64,000 nt of DNA, taken from Macrostomum lignano (Eukaryota). The stretch is taken from assembly GCA_002269645.1 (NCBI GenBank), contig NIVC01000035.1, positions 186,001-250,000 on the forward strand. The letters are read 5' to 3'. The notes beneath the pieces were generated by a model. The model did no database searches and was not told where the DNA came from. It worked only from the letters and a program-made list of their open reading frames with translations. Shown here in pieces: positions 33,369 to 48,902 of this stretch; position 1 is the first letter of the stretch; every line of letters begins with the position of its first letter. A program made the position numbers and the translations under genes.

Positions 33369-33472
33369 CTTCTCAGTTCACCCAACTGTAAAACGGGTGT
33401 CAGCATTAGCTGGGGTAATTGAGGGTTGCACATCTGTGCCAATTGGAGCAGGTGTAACAAATTATTATTAAT
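33369..33472 (+). mobile_element. Internally deleted fragment of the CORE/Meta-like SINE
   Basis: CAGTTCACCCAACTGTAAAACGGGTGTCAGCATTAGCTGGGGTAATTGAGG and an ATTATTATT tail match the 983-1303 copy. Confidence 0.7.
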
Positions 33473-33869
33473 TTTTACATCTTAAAAACCATAAAAAGCT
33501 TTTTAAAACTGTATCAGCAATCTTAGCCTCTCAGCAGGGAGACAACAAAGGATTGAAGGAATAGAAAAGCCTTATATAGTAACTGCCCCAGCGTTATTTT
33601 TGTAGAGATTAAAATGTCTGAACTAGAAAAACTATTAGCCTTTCTGACAAAAATTTCCAGTTCACAATATCTGCAGACAGACTTTGGCAGCTCAGCAATC
33701 TACCGAAACCACTGAATTGTACAATTGTAATGCCTGACGATTTGAAAGTCACAGCTGCTGTACATCCGTGTGAGTGTGTGACTGCATGAGTAGAGTGTGC
33801 AGGACTTTTAATACAAGGCAGTCGCAATTCTAAGGGGCGCCAACAGTTGGTCTCTTGGACGGTGCCCTT

Positions 33870-34585
33870 GTCGCTTGGTTGGCGCCCCGGTTTCTTGGTT
33901 GGCGCCCCTGTCTCTTGGTTGCGCCCCGGTCTCTTGTTTGGCGCCCCTGTCTCTTGGTTGGCGCCCCTGTCTCTTGGTTGGCGCCCCTGTCTCTTGGTTG
34001 GCGCCCCTGTCTCTTGGTTGGCGCCCCTGTCTCTTGGTTGGCGCCCCTGTCTCTTGGTTGGCGCCCCTGTCTCTTAGTTAGCGCCCCTGTCGCTTGGTTG
34101 GCGCCCCTGTCTCTTGGTTGCGCCCCGGTCTCTTGTTTGGCGCCCCTGTCTCTTGGTTGGCGCCCCTGTCTATTGGTTGGCGCCCCTGTCTCTTGGTTGG
34201 CGCCCCTGTCTCTTGCTTGGCGCCCCTGTCTCTTGGTTGGCGCCCCTGTCTCTTGGTTGGCGCCCCTGTCTCTTGCTTGGCGCCCCGGTCTCTTGTTTGG
34301 CGCCCCTGTCTCTTGGTTGGCGCCCCTGTCTCTTAGTTGGCGCCCCTGTCTCTTAGTTGGCGCCCCTGTCTCTTAGTTGGCGCCCCTGTCTCTTGGTTGG
34401 CGCCCCTGTCTCTTGGTTGGCGCCCCTGTCTCTTAGTTGGCGCCCCTGTCTCTTAGTTGGCGCCCCTGTCTCTTGGTTGGCGCCCCGGTTTCTTGGTTGG
34501 CACCCATATCTTGGTGCAGGCGCCCATCTCTTGGTGCAGGCGCCCATCTCTTGGTGCAGGCGCCCCTGTCTCTTGGTTGGCACCC
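33870..34585. repeat. 20-bp GC-rich minisatellite (TTGGTTGGCGCCCCTGTCTC), about 36 copies
   Basis: Directly visible. Confidence 0.97.
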
Positions 34586-35410
34586 CTAGAACTTGACAGG
34601 CATGGCACATCAGCTGCTGTACCGCAATCGACTATATCGAAGATAAAGATCGACTATAAAAAGAAAATCAAGTCATCAGTGTTTTTTATAAAAAGGAGAA
34701 ACAGTAGCGAACCGTAAGTATATATTTTACTATAAAAACACAACACTAATCTTCTACATATGAATAAGTTAGTTTATTACACATTCGAACAGAAAAAATG
34801 CCAAATATTCAATTTTCAAATTCAAACGAAAAAATTGCAGCAATCAATTAAAACAAATACTCGCAAAAAACTGCAGCAGAAGAGAAAATGTCAAGTTACA
34901 GCAGCAGCATAGGTGAAGCCATGACGATTAAGTCAAAATTCATTTGGCGCAGGAGATCAAACTCTGCATTGAGCGGGGATGCATTGAAAATTAAAGCCAG
35001 AACCAGCTGCTTTAAATTCAGTTGTAAAAAAGAGAAAATAATTTGGCAAGAGATTGGAAAGCTGATTGGACCAAGGGTATAATTTGCATTATTTATTTAT
35101 TTGTAGTATCTACAATGCAAAAAATTAGGGTAAAATAGAAATTAGCTTGATAGAGATACCTAAGATCGTATATCCGTTTTTGAATGAATTGATATCAATT
35201 GCTTTACGACTACTGTAAGTATTATATTAGAACTGCTGCTTTGTGGAATGGTCTTCTATTGTCAATTGAGATGGAAAGTGAATAGAAGTTACTAAAACTA
35301 AAAGGAATGTTTGTATTTTACTGTTTTAGTTCAAGGGAATCTATTCGATTGCTTTTTATTACGCTTTTCGTAAAGCCTTTAAAATATATAACAAGCGCAC
35401 TGATAAGCTG

Positions 35411-36204
<794 letters not shown>

Positions 36205-37586
36205 AATTATCAACGAAGTTGCTAAACTGTAACAATAATTAACAGTTGGTGAATTTATATTTTAAACTATTTTAAGTTGCACATATTCGACTGATACTAC
36301 TTCTACTACTGACTTTTTAGTCCAGCTAAAGTTATGGCACAGTAATTGAATAATAAATTTTGTTTAGTTGTCAAAAAGCAGAAGCTTCTGCCATCAGATT
36401 TGAGTACTTTTATTTGTAGATTAAGCGCGTGCGCAGCGGGTGAATAAGGACGGTGCTTGAATTTACGCAACATATTTGTACAAGACGAAAAAATGTTAAC
36501 AAGAACAAGTCAATACAAGGGAATTGCAATAAATAAACAATTATAGAAATCAATGTACATCAGTTGGTTGTGCAATCGTGCATTTAGAAGGCCGCGTGTT
36601 CCTGTGGACAGACAGACAAACAAAGATTAGCACACAGAGAGATAGAAAGCTCTTTTGAGTATTATATATATACTAAAATAGGATAGGAAACTTAAGCGGC
36701 GGTTGAAGCTGTTTAAGATGCTTATAGGCAGTATTAATTAATAATCCTAGATAAATATTGTACAATTTTTTTAAGTTAAAAAATTAATAATGAACAAAAA
36801 TCACAGAAAGGCTACCATTTTTCTCAGTGTGGAACAAAATTTATGTTTAAAAATAAACAACCGGAATTGATTTAGAATACGTCGAGATGACTGGAAAGTG
36901 GCCTGAATGCAGTGGGAGCTGAACTAACTGGGGTATTAATTGATGGATTAAGTATATATAAATTGTAACCGGTTTTCTGAACTCCATCCTACTTTGCTAT
37001 CCAGACTTTCTAACAAAAGCTGCAAGATACTATAATAACTCTAATTCTTTTTTTCTAATAAAAAAAACATCTTCACTACTTTCAGCTTAAGTAGCAGGAA
37101 GGAATGTGTAAGCTATTTTATTAGACAGGAGTAAAAAATGTTGAAAAACTTGCAAAAAGTCAATGACCAAGTCTGAAAAACACTTTATAAAATGATTATT
37201 GTAAGCTAACCAAGTTGAGAATTGGTCATTGGTTGTGCCCATAGACAGAAAAAGGCAAGGCAAGTTGATGTTTCGGCCATAGACATCAACAAAAAGATAG
37301 ACGCGAGCAGAAACCACTCTCAAAGATTGTCTCTCTCTCTGTCTCTCCCCCTCTCTCTCTCTCATTCCATGCGGTAAGGCTCAGAATTATCAATTCGCTT
37401 GCCTCTATTCCGGCTATGTCTATGGGCCAGACCAAATCTACTGCTCCCAAATGGTCGAATTCTCAACTTGGCTGACAAAAGCAATACTGTTTTTCTTTCT
37501 AGAAACTTCACTAGTCCGCTGGATAGCAAAAAACTTGATGCGAGGGCAAGATGGCAACTACGTACTAAACAGTTGTTGTTAAACAG

Positions 37587-38899
37587 TCAGTTCGGTAAGA
37601 TGACCATAGCTGAAGCGGAACTGCCCCTGGTATTCATCCGCCTTCTAGCCAGTTGTACAGTGGGATAAGGATGCTGCAGCTGGTAACAGCAGCCGGTCCC
37701 GGCGCCGCCGCCAACACCGTTGCCATGGCATTTCAACACGCTGGCTAATTTCTTTCTGTAGCCTCTACCAGTGAGCGTAAGCAGCGCCCAGTTGCTAGCG
37801 TTATTAACTAACGACACCAGGTACAAGATGGTGAAAGCGGAGAACGTAGGCGGAAAACCCGACTGCCTACTGAAAGTAGTATATAGCAGTACAACAGTCA
37901 GCGGGTAGTTAGTAACCAGATAGAGCCCGTTCATAGCCAGCGACACAACGCAGATTCTTTGCTGTCGTTTGCGCCTCTTGCCAGACGAATGCACCCGACT
38001 GTCATTAGCCACGGCCGAGGCGGCTAAAGCCTGCGGCGATGGAGTTGACCGGGACCCGGCCAGCATCTCTTTGTGCGACAGCAGGGCACCTGAGATCACA
38101 ACGGTGCCAGTGAGCATAATTAGCAAAGGCAGCACACTTCCAACTAGCAGATCGGCCAAGCCAACAACTTTCAAACCGATGTAGGCCCACTCTGAGCACA
38201 TCAGCCAAACTGTGCTATCAGCTGCCACGCTCGACTCGGCAAAATTGTAAGTCAGAAAAGCGACAGGTAAGTTGAGCAGAGCCAGCGTGCCAAGCAAAAT
38301 AGCAATGCATAGCTTGGCCCGGCCGCGTCTTAAATAAGTCTTGGCTAGCATTGGATCGCGGACAACTAGCATTCGTTCCACAAATATGAAGGCCTGCAGC
38401 CAGCCGGACAGGTGAACAAGAAGATAATTAGCGTAGTTAAACACGGCGCTTAGTAGGGCGTAGCTGTTGCGGAAATCCGCACCGAATACAGTGTAGGACC
38501 ACCAGCGCAGGCCTACAATGCTCAGCACCAGAGCGTCACAATGAATAGACTAACTAATAGTACTCTAGTAGTTGATGGAATCACTTTAGGATGCTTGCGA
38601 ACGGTAACTAAGGTAACGGTGATGCCAACGACAGCCACTAGCCACATTAAAGGGAATAGCCACGACACACAGCCGTATCTCAGCCAATAGTCGAATTCAC
38701 TGATTGCTCTGCGACTGTCGATTGCTGAGTTGTATGTGCCATTGCCTAGGATATGCGGTGAGCACAGTTCTCTGTTGTTATCCAGACTGCTATCATTGCT
38801 GCTATCCTCCTTAGACCTGACACTATTTACACTGTCTATTGGGGCTCGCAGCAGTTGATAACGATGCCACAAGAAATCCGCTAGGTAGGGCTCGCGCAT
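37587..38899 (-). CDS. Class A (rhodopsin-family) peptide-receptor-like GPCR, single coding exon, interrupted by a 1-nt frameshift
   Basis: ORF 38522-38899 gives the N-terminus, TM1 and start of TM2; ORF 37587-38528 gives TM2-TM7 (FIFVERMLVV for DRY, LLNLP, GSVLPLLIML, TNYP, NNASNWALLTLTGRGYR). Adding one base at ~38538 restores SLFIxDALVLSIVGLRWW. Confidence 0.85.
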
Positions 38900-39929
38900 T
38901 TGGACTGGATTTCTTCAAGCTGCGATTTTGATTATGCGACAGAGAGACGACACGACAAACGAACGACCTCGGGTCTTACAGCTCCACTGACGATAGTCTT
39001 AGCCACTTAGATGAGACGTCTGGAAAGTTAAAAAATGGATATCAAATCTTTATTTGATTGATGAAACAGGATAAAAAGGTTATAATTCCCCTAAAAACTG
39101 AGAGTTCAATTAAATACTCCGGCAAACTCCGGCCCACGAAGCCTCTCTGTCCGGCCTTCGGGTCCTCTCAAGTCTCATCTTTCGTCGTCTTCTATTCCCT
39201 TTACTTTGCTTTCTCATCTAGCTTGCAACCATGAGCTGGTTTCTTTATCTGGCCTACTAGAATCAAAAACCAACTCAACAACCTGTGGCAATAGGATTTT
39301 ATTAGTTGACCACTCGGTTACTGCATTCATTCACTGGCCAAAAAAATTGAACAAAAAATTTCCACTCAAATTTTCCAACGCTTGGCTTTAATTTTAAACG
39401 TTAACTACGGACTGCACTGTGATAGGGTTTTTTTAAACAGAAAGTTTATCCTATCCAAGCGCGAATGCAGTCCTGTGGGCACAGATAAGCTTAGCAAGCG
39501 CCTGTATCTATTTGTGGAGGTTTCTTGCTTTGACTTTTCAAATTTTGAGAAAAGGCGAACGTGTACTAAGCCTGCATGTTGGGTGACAGCATGCTAAAAA
39601 ATTGTTTTGATAGCGCGCGGCTCACGTGAGCACAAGTGAATGATTATGTATATTAACTAATAACATATTAGTAACTCTATTAGGGCCAATTGGTTGTTTA
39701 TTTAAGTCTAAGGCAGTGCATACACGGCGAGAACAAGACCGTGTGGATGAATAATGAATATGGTTATACAGTGCTAATAATTGACCGAAAAAAACTATTT
39801 GGAATCTAGATTATCTCTCGGGGCATGCGTGATACACATTGCGGGGGCGACACCTTGGAAATCTTTTAATAGACAAGAATGAAACACACGATTAAACAGA
39901 TACGTATACGAAAAAATAGGTCGGTAGGC

Positions 39930-40980
<1,051 letters not shown>

Positions 40981-42005
40981 TGCATTAAGGCACTTACAAA
41001 GCTCGCAAAGTGCGGGAAGATTCTGATGCAGACTTCTAGCAGAAGCAGTCAAAGCAGATTTGCTACTGTAGTTGCCTTTCACAGACGGGAAATGGCAATA
41101 ATAAGGGTACTTGCTGTGATCAAAGACTTGAATATGGTGCAGCCATGCGCTGCTATCCTCCATAACTCAAAAAACGAAGCTAAAAAGCCCTAGCAGCCTA
41201 ACTTGTGCTGTCTATAAAATAGACTGCGTGAAAGTTTTACTAAGAAATGGAAACAATCGCAAGTATATTCTGTATAACAGAATACCTTTTAAGTCGGTGG
41301 CGATGGAGAACTTGTTTTTCAGACCAAGTGCCTAACAACAGTTTGGTTTGTTGAGTTTTTAGCTGGAAAACTATATTCTCTGAGCCTTCGTCTCACCCAT
41401 TTCTCCACCACTCTGCCAGTCTCCAAAATCTCAGCCAATGAGCAGCCGAGGTTTGTGTAAAAAACTTTTCTTTCTACACCGAACTCTCGGTCCAAATATT
41501 GAGTACAATTTTCTATGGTTACTCAGAGTATATGAGACTGCACATTGAACAATTATAGAAATGTACAGTCCGACAACGTCATCACTGAGATGCTTAACAC
41601 AGAGCAGCGCGGAGCATGGGTCCCAAGCCAAAAGCAAACAAGTACTCCAACTACGCATTCTCTTTCGGTCATAAAAATAATGTACAACAGAACCCCTTGC
41701 CAGCTACTTCTAATACTGAAGAGTGGTTTTTGTTGGTCACATGATTAAACCTGACAACCATATATGCTTAGCCGCACCTTGTTCTATCTTCTCTATCCTT
41801 CTCTCACTCTCTCTCCCCTCTCATCCACGTTTTCTTTTCATTTCATCTTTCTTTCCAGAGACTTGACAAGCAACAAAAACTGCATCGGTATAGACAAAAG
41901 AATAGTTATTAAAAATCTGGAAAATTCTGGAAATAAAAAAGTTATTTTTATCTCTCATAACTAGATATAGAACACACAAAGAGGTGCTGTATTATCTATC
42001 TAAAA

Positions 42006-42288
42006 CAGGGGTTGGCCAAATTTTTTTTGGCCTTAAGGGCCAGATAAAAAGTACAGCTAATGACTGCGGGCCAGATGAGGGAACAGACAGCTAATAGAAT
42101 GATGAAGAGGAAAGATGAGATGAGAGAAGGGAGAGAAGATAAAGAGAAAGATGGGAGAGAAGAGGGAAGAGGAAAGAAGAGAGATAAGAGAAGAGAGCTG
42201 AGAAGAGACACAAACCTTGAGCGGGCCAGATTTGTATTGTGAAGTTTCAAAGGACCCGAGGGTCAGATATGGATTTTGCCGACCCCAG
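42006..42288. mobile_element. hAT (Charlie-like) MITE remnant
   Basis: CAGGGGTTGGCCAAA at the left, TTTGCCGACCCCAG at the right, repeated GGGCCAGAT subterminal motifs; 8-bp TSD not conserved. Confidence 0.6.
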
Positions 42289-42754
42289 ATTCCCGTAGTC
42301 GTAAGAATCTTGAACTGCACAACAGCAGAGATGGAAGCACTGTAGGAAATGAAACAGAAAATAACCATACTCACTGCCCCCCCTCATCATAATGAAACTG
42401 TCATAGTTATAAGGCCCAAACAGGCCACGAAAACTGGCACAAATGCAAGGCAAATGCTCGCGCCACTGAACACGGAGAGGAGAGAGAATAAAAGAAGCCA
42501 AAGTCGACCGCTTCGCTTGGATTGCAACTCAAATCTCCAACGATTTACCAACGGAAAAGCAGAAGAGAGCACAGCTTGATTGCTTGAAAAGGCGCAAGGA
42601 ATTTATAAACTCAAAGCAGAATGATTCAAAAAAGTGAATAACTTCTGTGGGAATTTACTTTCTAAATTTCGATACAATCGATTCTTTAAATGCGCAGTTG
42701 ACTCAATTTTAATCAACCCTATTAATCAAGAAAAAGATTCTATCACTCAAGTTT

Positions 42755-43060
42755 TGGCGCCTATTTAGCGCCACTGAATCAATTGGCGCCTTTTAACGCC
42801 CTTTTTAGCGCTCCTTGAATTAACTGAAACCCTTTTTAGCGCCCCTTTAATCAACTGGTGCCCTTTTAACGCCCCTCGAATCAACTGGCATCCCTTTTAG
42901 CGCCCCTTGAGTCAAGTGGCATCCTTTTTAGCGCCCATTCAATTTACTGGCGCCTTTTTTAGCGCCCCTGAGTCAACTGGGACCCTTTTTAGTGCAACTT
43001 TAATTAAATGACGCCCTTTAAGGTGCCCCCTGAATTAAATGGCGACCTTCTTTGCTACTT
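42755..43060. repeat. Degenerate ~21-22-bp repeat (TTTTAGCGCCCC..AATCAACTGG)
   Basis: About 12 decayed units with GCGCC cores. Confidence 0.7.
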
Positions 43061-43537
43061 TAAATCTACTGGGCTCACAATATCTAGATTTAGCTTTTAA
43101 ATTCTATACAAGTTTATTGTCGAATCAAAATACTTGATGTCTGAAGTTAAAAAATGCAGCGTATAGATTTGACTATATATAAAAGCCACCCTTTGATAAG
43201 AAGGCCAACTTAGAAATATGTATAGAACTGCAATAAATAATTTGATCTAATCACATTTACATTTGAATACTACAAAAATAAAAAAATGTAATAAATAGAA
43301 ATCTAAGAAATAGAAAATAATATTCACACATTTTTACTTTAAGTAGAACAGTTAATGTTTACAGTTATTTTAAATGAATGCAAATAAATTCAACAAATTC
43401 AACATCCAGTTAAGCTAGTTAATATGTAAAAAATAACAATTAAGACTTGAAGCAAGAGCAGAAAGATAAATAGAAAACAAATAAGAAATGAAAAATAATG
43501 AGGCAATAGGAAAATTATAGAAGAATATAGATGCATA

Positions 43538-43683
43538 ACCTTGGGAATCACCCAGCCATTTCTATTGGCAACACATACATGTAAGTTGCTAGTGGCTAAG
43601 AGCATTCACGTGACTACTATTCTATCCAATAGTGACTTATAAGTGTGCGTTGCCAATAGAAATGGCCAAGTAAATCCCAAGGT
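43538..43683. mobile_element. Short palindromic MITE-like element
   Basis: ACCTTGGGAATCACCCAGCCATTTCTATTGGCAAC vs reverse complement of GTTGCCAATAGAAATGGCCAAGTAAATCCCAAGGT. Confidence 0.65.
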
Positions 43684-44238
43684 GGCACCCAAACATATAG
43701 AAAAACAAATATAAATTGGAAATATAGAGTCAACTAAGTATTTTTATTAAACTAAGTAGCACAGTGGGTATAGATAGAGAGACTATGTAGTTGTTTAAAC
43801 CATTTTAGTAATTAATAAAAAAGAAAACTCCCAAGAATATTCTCAAATTTTATACCTACCTTAGCAAAATATTTAGCAAATGTATAGATTACTAAAAATC
43901 TAATATATTATTATAACTAAAGAACAAAAAAGTTTTGAGCTTTGTTTTAATAAATTGTTTATTGATTATGACTAGCTAGTCCAAGTAGCAGAGATCAAGG
44001 AAAATACTTTATTACTAAACATAGAGTACTAATATTATCTATAAATATTTGACTGACCTAGTTTTGCAATTCTATAACTTTGAATAGCTTGTCTTAACAA
44101 TTGATACCTTAGATTCTAAGACTATTTCTAGCATAAGCAAAAGCCTAGAAGTCTTTAAAGAAATCACTTTTAAAATTTGCAAGCTTGTTCAATATATAAA
44201 ATTTGTTGTTAATGCAATTAATAATCTAAAAATAATAA

Positions 44239-45024
44239 GGCTCATTCCATATAAGATGGACATATTTGGAAAATAGAAAAAAGTCAATATTTTTGCTTGC
44301 CATTGCCTAATTAGCCTATTTTTTTACCAAATGTTTATATTGTGCAATATATACAATCTAAGAATAAAGGAATGGTAAAATGTTGGATTAGTATGTTATC
44401 AATTGGCAAAAAGTCATTTTTGTAAAAATTTGGCCTTTTTTTGAAGCAAAAGACATCATTAAGATTTTGTACCTTTTAAAAACAAATAGAAAGCTTTTGA
44501 AGGTTGAAACAAACTATAGATAAAAGTATAGTACTTGCATCATCAGATAAAAGCATTGGTGACCAAATAATCTATTATATTTTTAATGTATTAGTACCTC
44601 AAAGTTACTGAATTGACAGAAAAAAATATGTTACGACCATAATGTTACGACCATAAGGCTGCCTTTTCTTTTGTATCTTTGTTGCCTTTTGAGTTTATAT
44701 ATTCTAATAAAAGAGTATGCTTTCTAAAGATGTTCTTAGTCAAATTTTAAAAATGTATTGCAAAATATCAAAAATGAAAAATGTTATAAGACTTTTACCT
44801 TTTAGTTTCTATATGTCAAAAATCCTGTCGTTACGACCATAAGTGTCATTTAAGGTTTAATAGCATCTATACTAATGATGATATCTATATGAAACTCTAT
44901 AAATATATTCTAGACAAAATAATCTTTTATTTAAAATATTGGTTTAGTATATTCTATTATTAGATTTCATTTTATAAGTAAAAATAACCTGTCATGTTAC
45001 GACCATGCTTATATAGAATGAGCC
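44239..45024. mobile_element. AT-rich MITE with 17-bp TIR
   Basis: GGCTCATTCCATATAAG vs reverse complement of CTTATATAGAATGAGCC (1 mismatch); GTTACGACCAT repeated four times internally. Confidence 0.65.
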
Positions 45025-48000
45025 ATAAGAATTTTTATATTGTAAACTACATACTATGTCAAAAGCTTATTTCCTACTATTTAGGCTTAATTGACTTACT
45101 TATTCTTACAACTTTCTATCCATAAATAGCAAAAATATACCAAATAGCTTGCATGTTTTTAGTCTTACCTTTTTTAGTAGAATTGCATAGTATAGGCCAA
45201 TTATTTTTATTATAGTTTTTGTTTACATTTAAAAGAGCTTTTTAAACTAAAATCTAATTAAACTTTTTTTCTAAGTATGAAGTATATCATTTTTTATATA
45301 TTATATATGACAATCATGGAATTGACTATAGCATATGACTATGCCCATGGCCATGGGAATATTTTAACCATTTAAAATACAAAGAGGAAGATATTAGGCC
45401 ATTCCTTCAGTTTACAATCACCCCAAACAGTGACAATTACCTTAAACAGTGACGATCACCACAAAAATAACAGTTGTATTTATAAGACATAAAATCCATA
45501 ATTCCCAATGAAACAAAATCAAGTATTGGCAAACTGACTTTGTTTATTTCAAAAGATGATAAGATTGTCATATATTTCACTTTTGGTTTATGATCACTCA
45601 AACGTATGTTGCCCATTAAAATGATCATGAACCAAAGCTGGCCATAAGAAAGTGTACTAAGGGTTGACATGCTTTCTTATAACCAGCTTTGGTTCACAAT
45701 CATTTCAATGGAGTGCATGTGTAGAAGTGATCATAAGTGAAGGGGGGGTGTGGCGCTAAAGATTAATTATATTAAGCTGGGGTTGACAATCTTGACATGC
45801 TTTCCTACGGCCAGCTTTGGATGTTTGTAAACCAAAGGTGTAATATATATAAGCTACTAATGAACTGATGTATAATCTTTTCAATTTCAAATAAATTAGT
45901 TGATCAGCCAAATTTTGCTTTCTTTTCATTTGAAACTAGGCCTACTATCAGTTTTAATGTCTTAGTTTTGAACATGCCATTTTTGCATTGCAGTAAGCAA
46001 AATATAAGGTGATCGTAAACCAAAACTGGAAAAATAGAAGGTGATCATAAACCGATACTGGAAAAATAGACAGTGATTATAAACTGAAGGATTGCCAATT
46101 TTAGGACATTTTATGTTTTTTAGTTAGGCCCTAGTATTTATAAATTCATATTTAAAATAATTTTGCATGTTGCCATATGAACAAATTGGATATAAGCATA
46201 TTGTCAAAAAACATTAATAAACAAAAATGATAAGCATTTATGAAATGGGCCTATATTTTTAAGCCACAATTTTTCATAGATATTTATATAGGCCTACTTA
46301 AAAACATATACTAGTGAAACAGTGCATTAATAATAGTATGATACTGTACGATAGTGCTAATAGTAACTCATTTTCTTAGAAACTTTAGTTCAAATCCGCG
46401 CTAAAAAGAAATTACTAGTATTTTGTTTAAATGTTGTGATTTATAAAAATACTTTTCACAATTATTTGTTTGACTTGATGAGAGACTCTAGTATAAATAG
46501 AAGCCCCGAGTGGGCCAAGAAGTCAACTTGTTCTTTTTGTGTGTTCTAACAGTAGCTAAAACTTGATCAGAAAATTGTTCAAAGTGACACTGGGACACTA
46601 GGCTACTAGATCTTTTCATTTTGGCAATTGGCATCTTCAATTTGGATCAATAATACTTCTAAACTAGGCCTAATATATTTTTGCTTTTGCATAATACAGA
46701 TTTATTAGGGCCTACTTAATTTAAAAAAGAAAAAAAACTACAAAGTACAAACTAATCAACTACATAATTATAAGTCTAAAAACAAATTTTCTCAATTATT
46801 ATCAATTGGCATATTTTAGGCCTAATCAATAAAATGCACAATTGTGTAGAATTACGTAATGTATTAATATATAATTAAATAATGTCTGTGATATGTACAT
46901 AAATTTGAACCCACACTGTCACTGTGTCAGTTTAACTACACCAGCCTTCTACTACAATTCTTGTCTACAACTAGGCCCTACAAGTACAACTATAAAATTC
47001 TTCGACACAGCTGTACGCTGTACATATTTGAGTAAAAATGGATACATAGTTACGCCCTAGGCTATTTCCTAGTAGCTCTAATATATAGTGTTATTTAAGC
47101 TACTAGGAGGAAAAACCTGGTCAGGTTTGAATCCAACCCGTGTGGGTCCCCACTCCCCTGGCCAAGTCTCACTAAGGCGCTGGCTAGCGCGCGTGTGCAC
47201 GCTTGACCATCGTCATTTCACTTAAACGAAGCGCGAATTTTCCGGGAACTTTTAGTTGGTTATAAGAAATGTTCCTTGGTTTAAGCGACTCCGTTCATAA
47301 TTATTTCAGAGAAGAAGTTACTAAGTGGCTCTGTGGTACAAGCTATGAATGCAAAAATCAAGCTTAATTATTAAGATGCGATAAAGACTTTACTTGTTGT
47401 CCGGATCGGATGTCATTGCCAAGGTCAATTTTAGTATCTCCAAGCCAAATCATCAGTTGCCCTTGGCTCATGGTGAAAATTCTGCCTAAAATTTGTCACT
47501 CCACTTACTTCATTAAAGCTAAATAAAGTTTCTGCGCGTGTACAGTCTCACAAGTCGCTATAATGTTACTCGTGTACAGTTCTCTTATTAACGAAGAATA
47601 GAATAAGCACGTCGTATATCTAAATGTATATATAATTTTTCTTGTAAGAGTCCAGGACTACATGTACTACTTCATGCACAATAAATTAGCTATAGATCAG
47701 CAACTATTAGCTACACCTGTAAGGACTAAATTAAGGTAAGGTTCATTATAAGACTGCATGGTGACCGAACTGACTTTCTCAATGAAGTATCCGACGAAAA
47801 TTGGACTACGCAATACACTTTACAATGAATACACAATGCATAATGTTATTATAGGTTTTTGGTGTGACATAATTTTACATTTTTTACTTTGTAAATGCAT
47901 TTGTACACTATATGTACTACAATACAGCGTCAGCTGTACAATACAATTTGTAAAAATGTACCGGCGTCACCGTACAAGTTAATTATTAACACTTCTCATT

Positions 48001-48902
48001 CAAAAAGGTTGACTAATGAATCTGTAGTTGAACATAAAGAAATGATCGAATGTTTCACTTATTTTTACTCTCTTTCCTGGCATCTACATGTGTAGCAGCT
48101 CTTAGTCTAGTCTTGTATCAGCTCATCCCTTCGAGTCAGCCCCAAAGTCTCGAGCTGCAGCTACCTGTACATGTACAAAATCCAATCCAACGATGCTATA
48201 CGAGAGAGGCTCCATGAATACAAGCAACAACTGATGGTGATGGGTTTCCAGCATCAGGCTTCCTGCAGTATAGTGAGAGTTTAGATTTTATCGATCGCTC
48301 CGTGTGCAGAGGGCGCAGTTGTGTGTGGGGGGTGTGGAAACTACTCAGCCTTGTCTCCCGAATTCTTCCTATCCTCTCCTCGACGTAAGCTTACTAAGAG
48401 GATCCATGCTCCCAGACAAAACGGCTTTCCTCCTCTGATGAATAACCCTCCACACAAGCGTTTTTGGGAGAAGCGGAGCTCCCAAGCGCTGGGGATCGAG
48501 CTGCATAGCTCGTGTTCGAGGGGGGTCGCGGGGTCCGTTTTCCCTTTCTCTCTTGCCCCCACCCCATCACCTCCAAACCTATGCGGGACCGCAGTCCTCC
48601 CCATCCTCCTCTTATCTCTCTCTCAGCTTCTGCTTCAGCTCCATCTCGTCTCGCTTGCCGCAAAATAGCAAAGGTGATCCGAGGGTGGAGGAAGGAATAG
48701 GGGAGAGAGGTGAAGTTGGAGGATTGGATGGAGGAAGCTGGAACCAAGCGCTGAACCCGCCATGCCACCAGAGACTGAAGTGGAGGATCCAAAGGCTGCC
48801 CCCCTGCCTCAACCCATAAAATGCCATCCCATCGCTTTGCGGTGTCTGCATTGCTGAATCACACAGAAGCAGTCTGCTTGATCAACAAACACAGCAGCAG
48901 TC

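Noticed and set aside
42290-42600. Hydrophobic minus-strand ORFs with a possible 35-nt intron
   Set aside because: No family similarity recognised and no flanking exons found.
48300-48850. GC-richer block with several overlapping short ORFs upstream of the TALE gene
   Set aside because: No motif recognised; it could be 5' UTR/promoter or a retroelement remnant, but neither can be supported.
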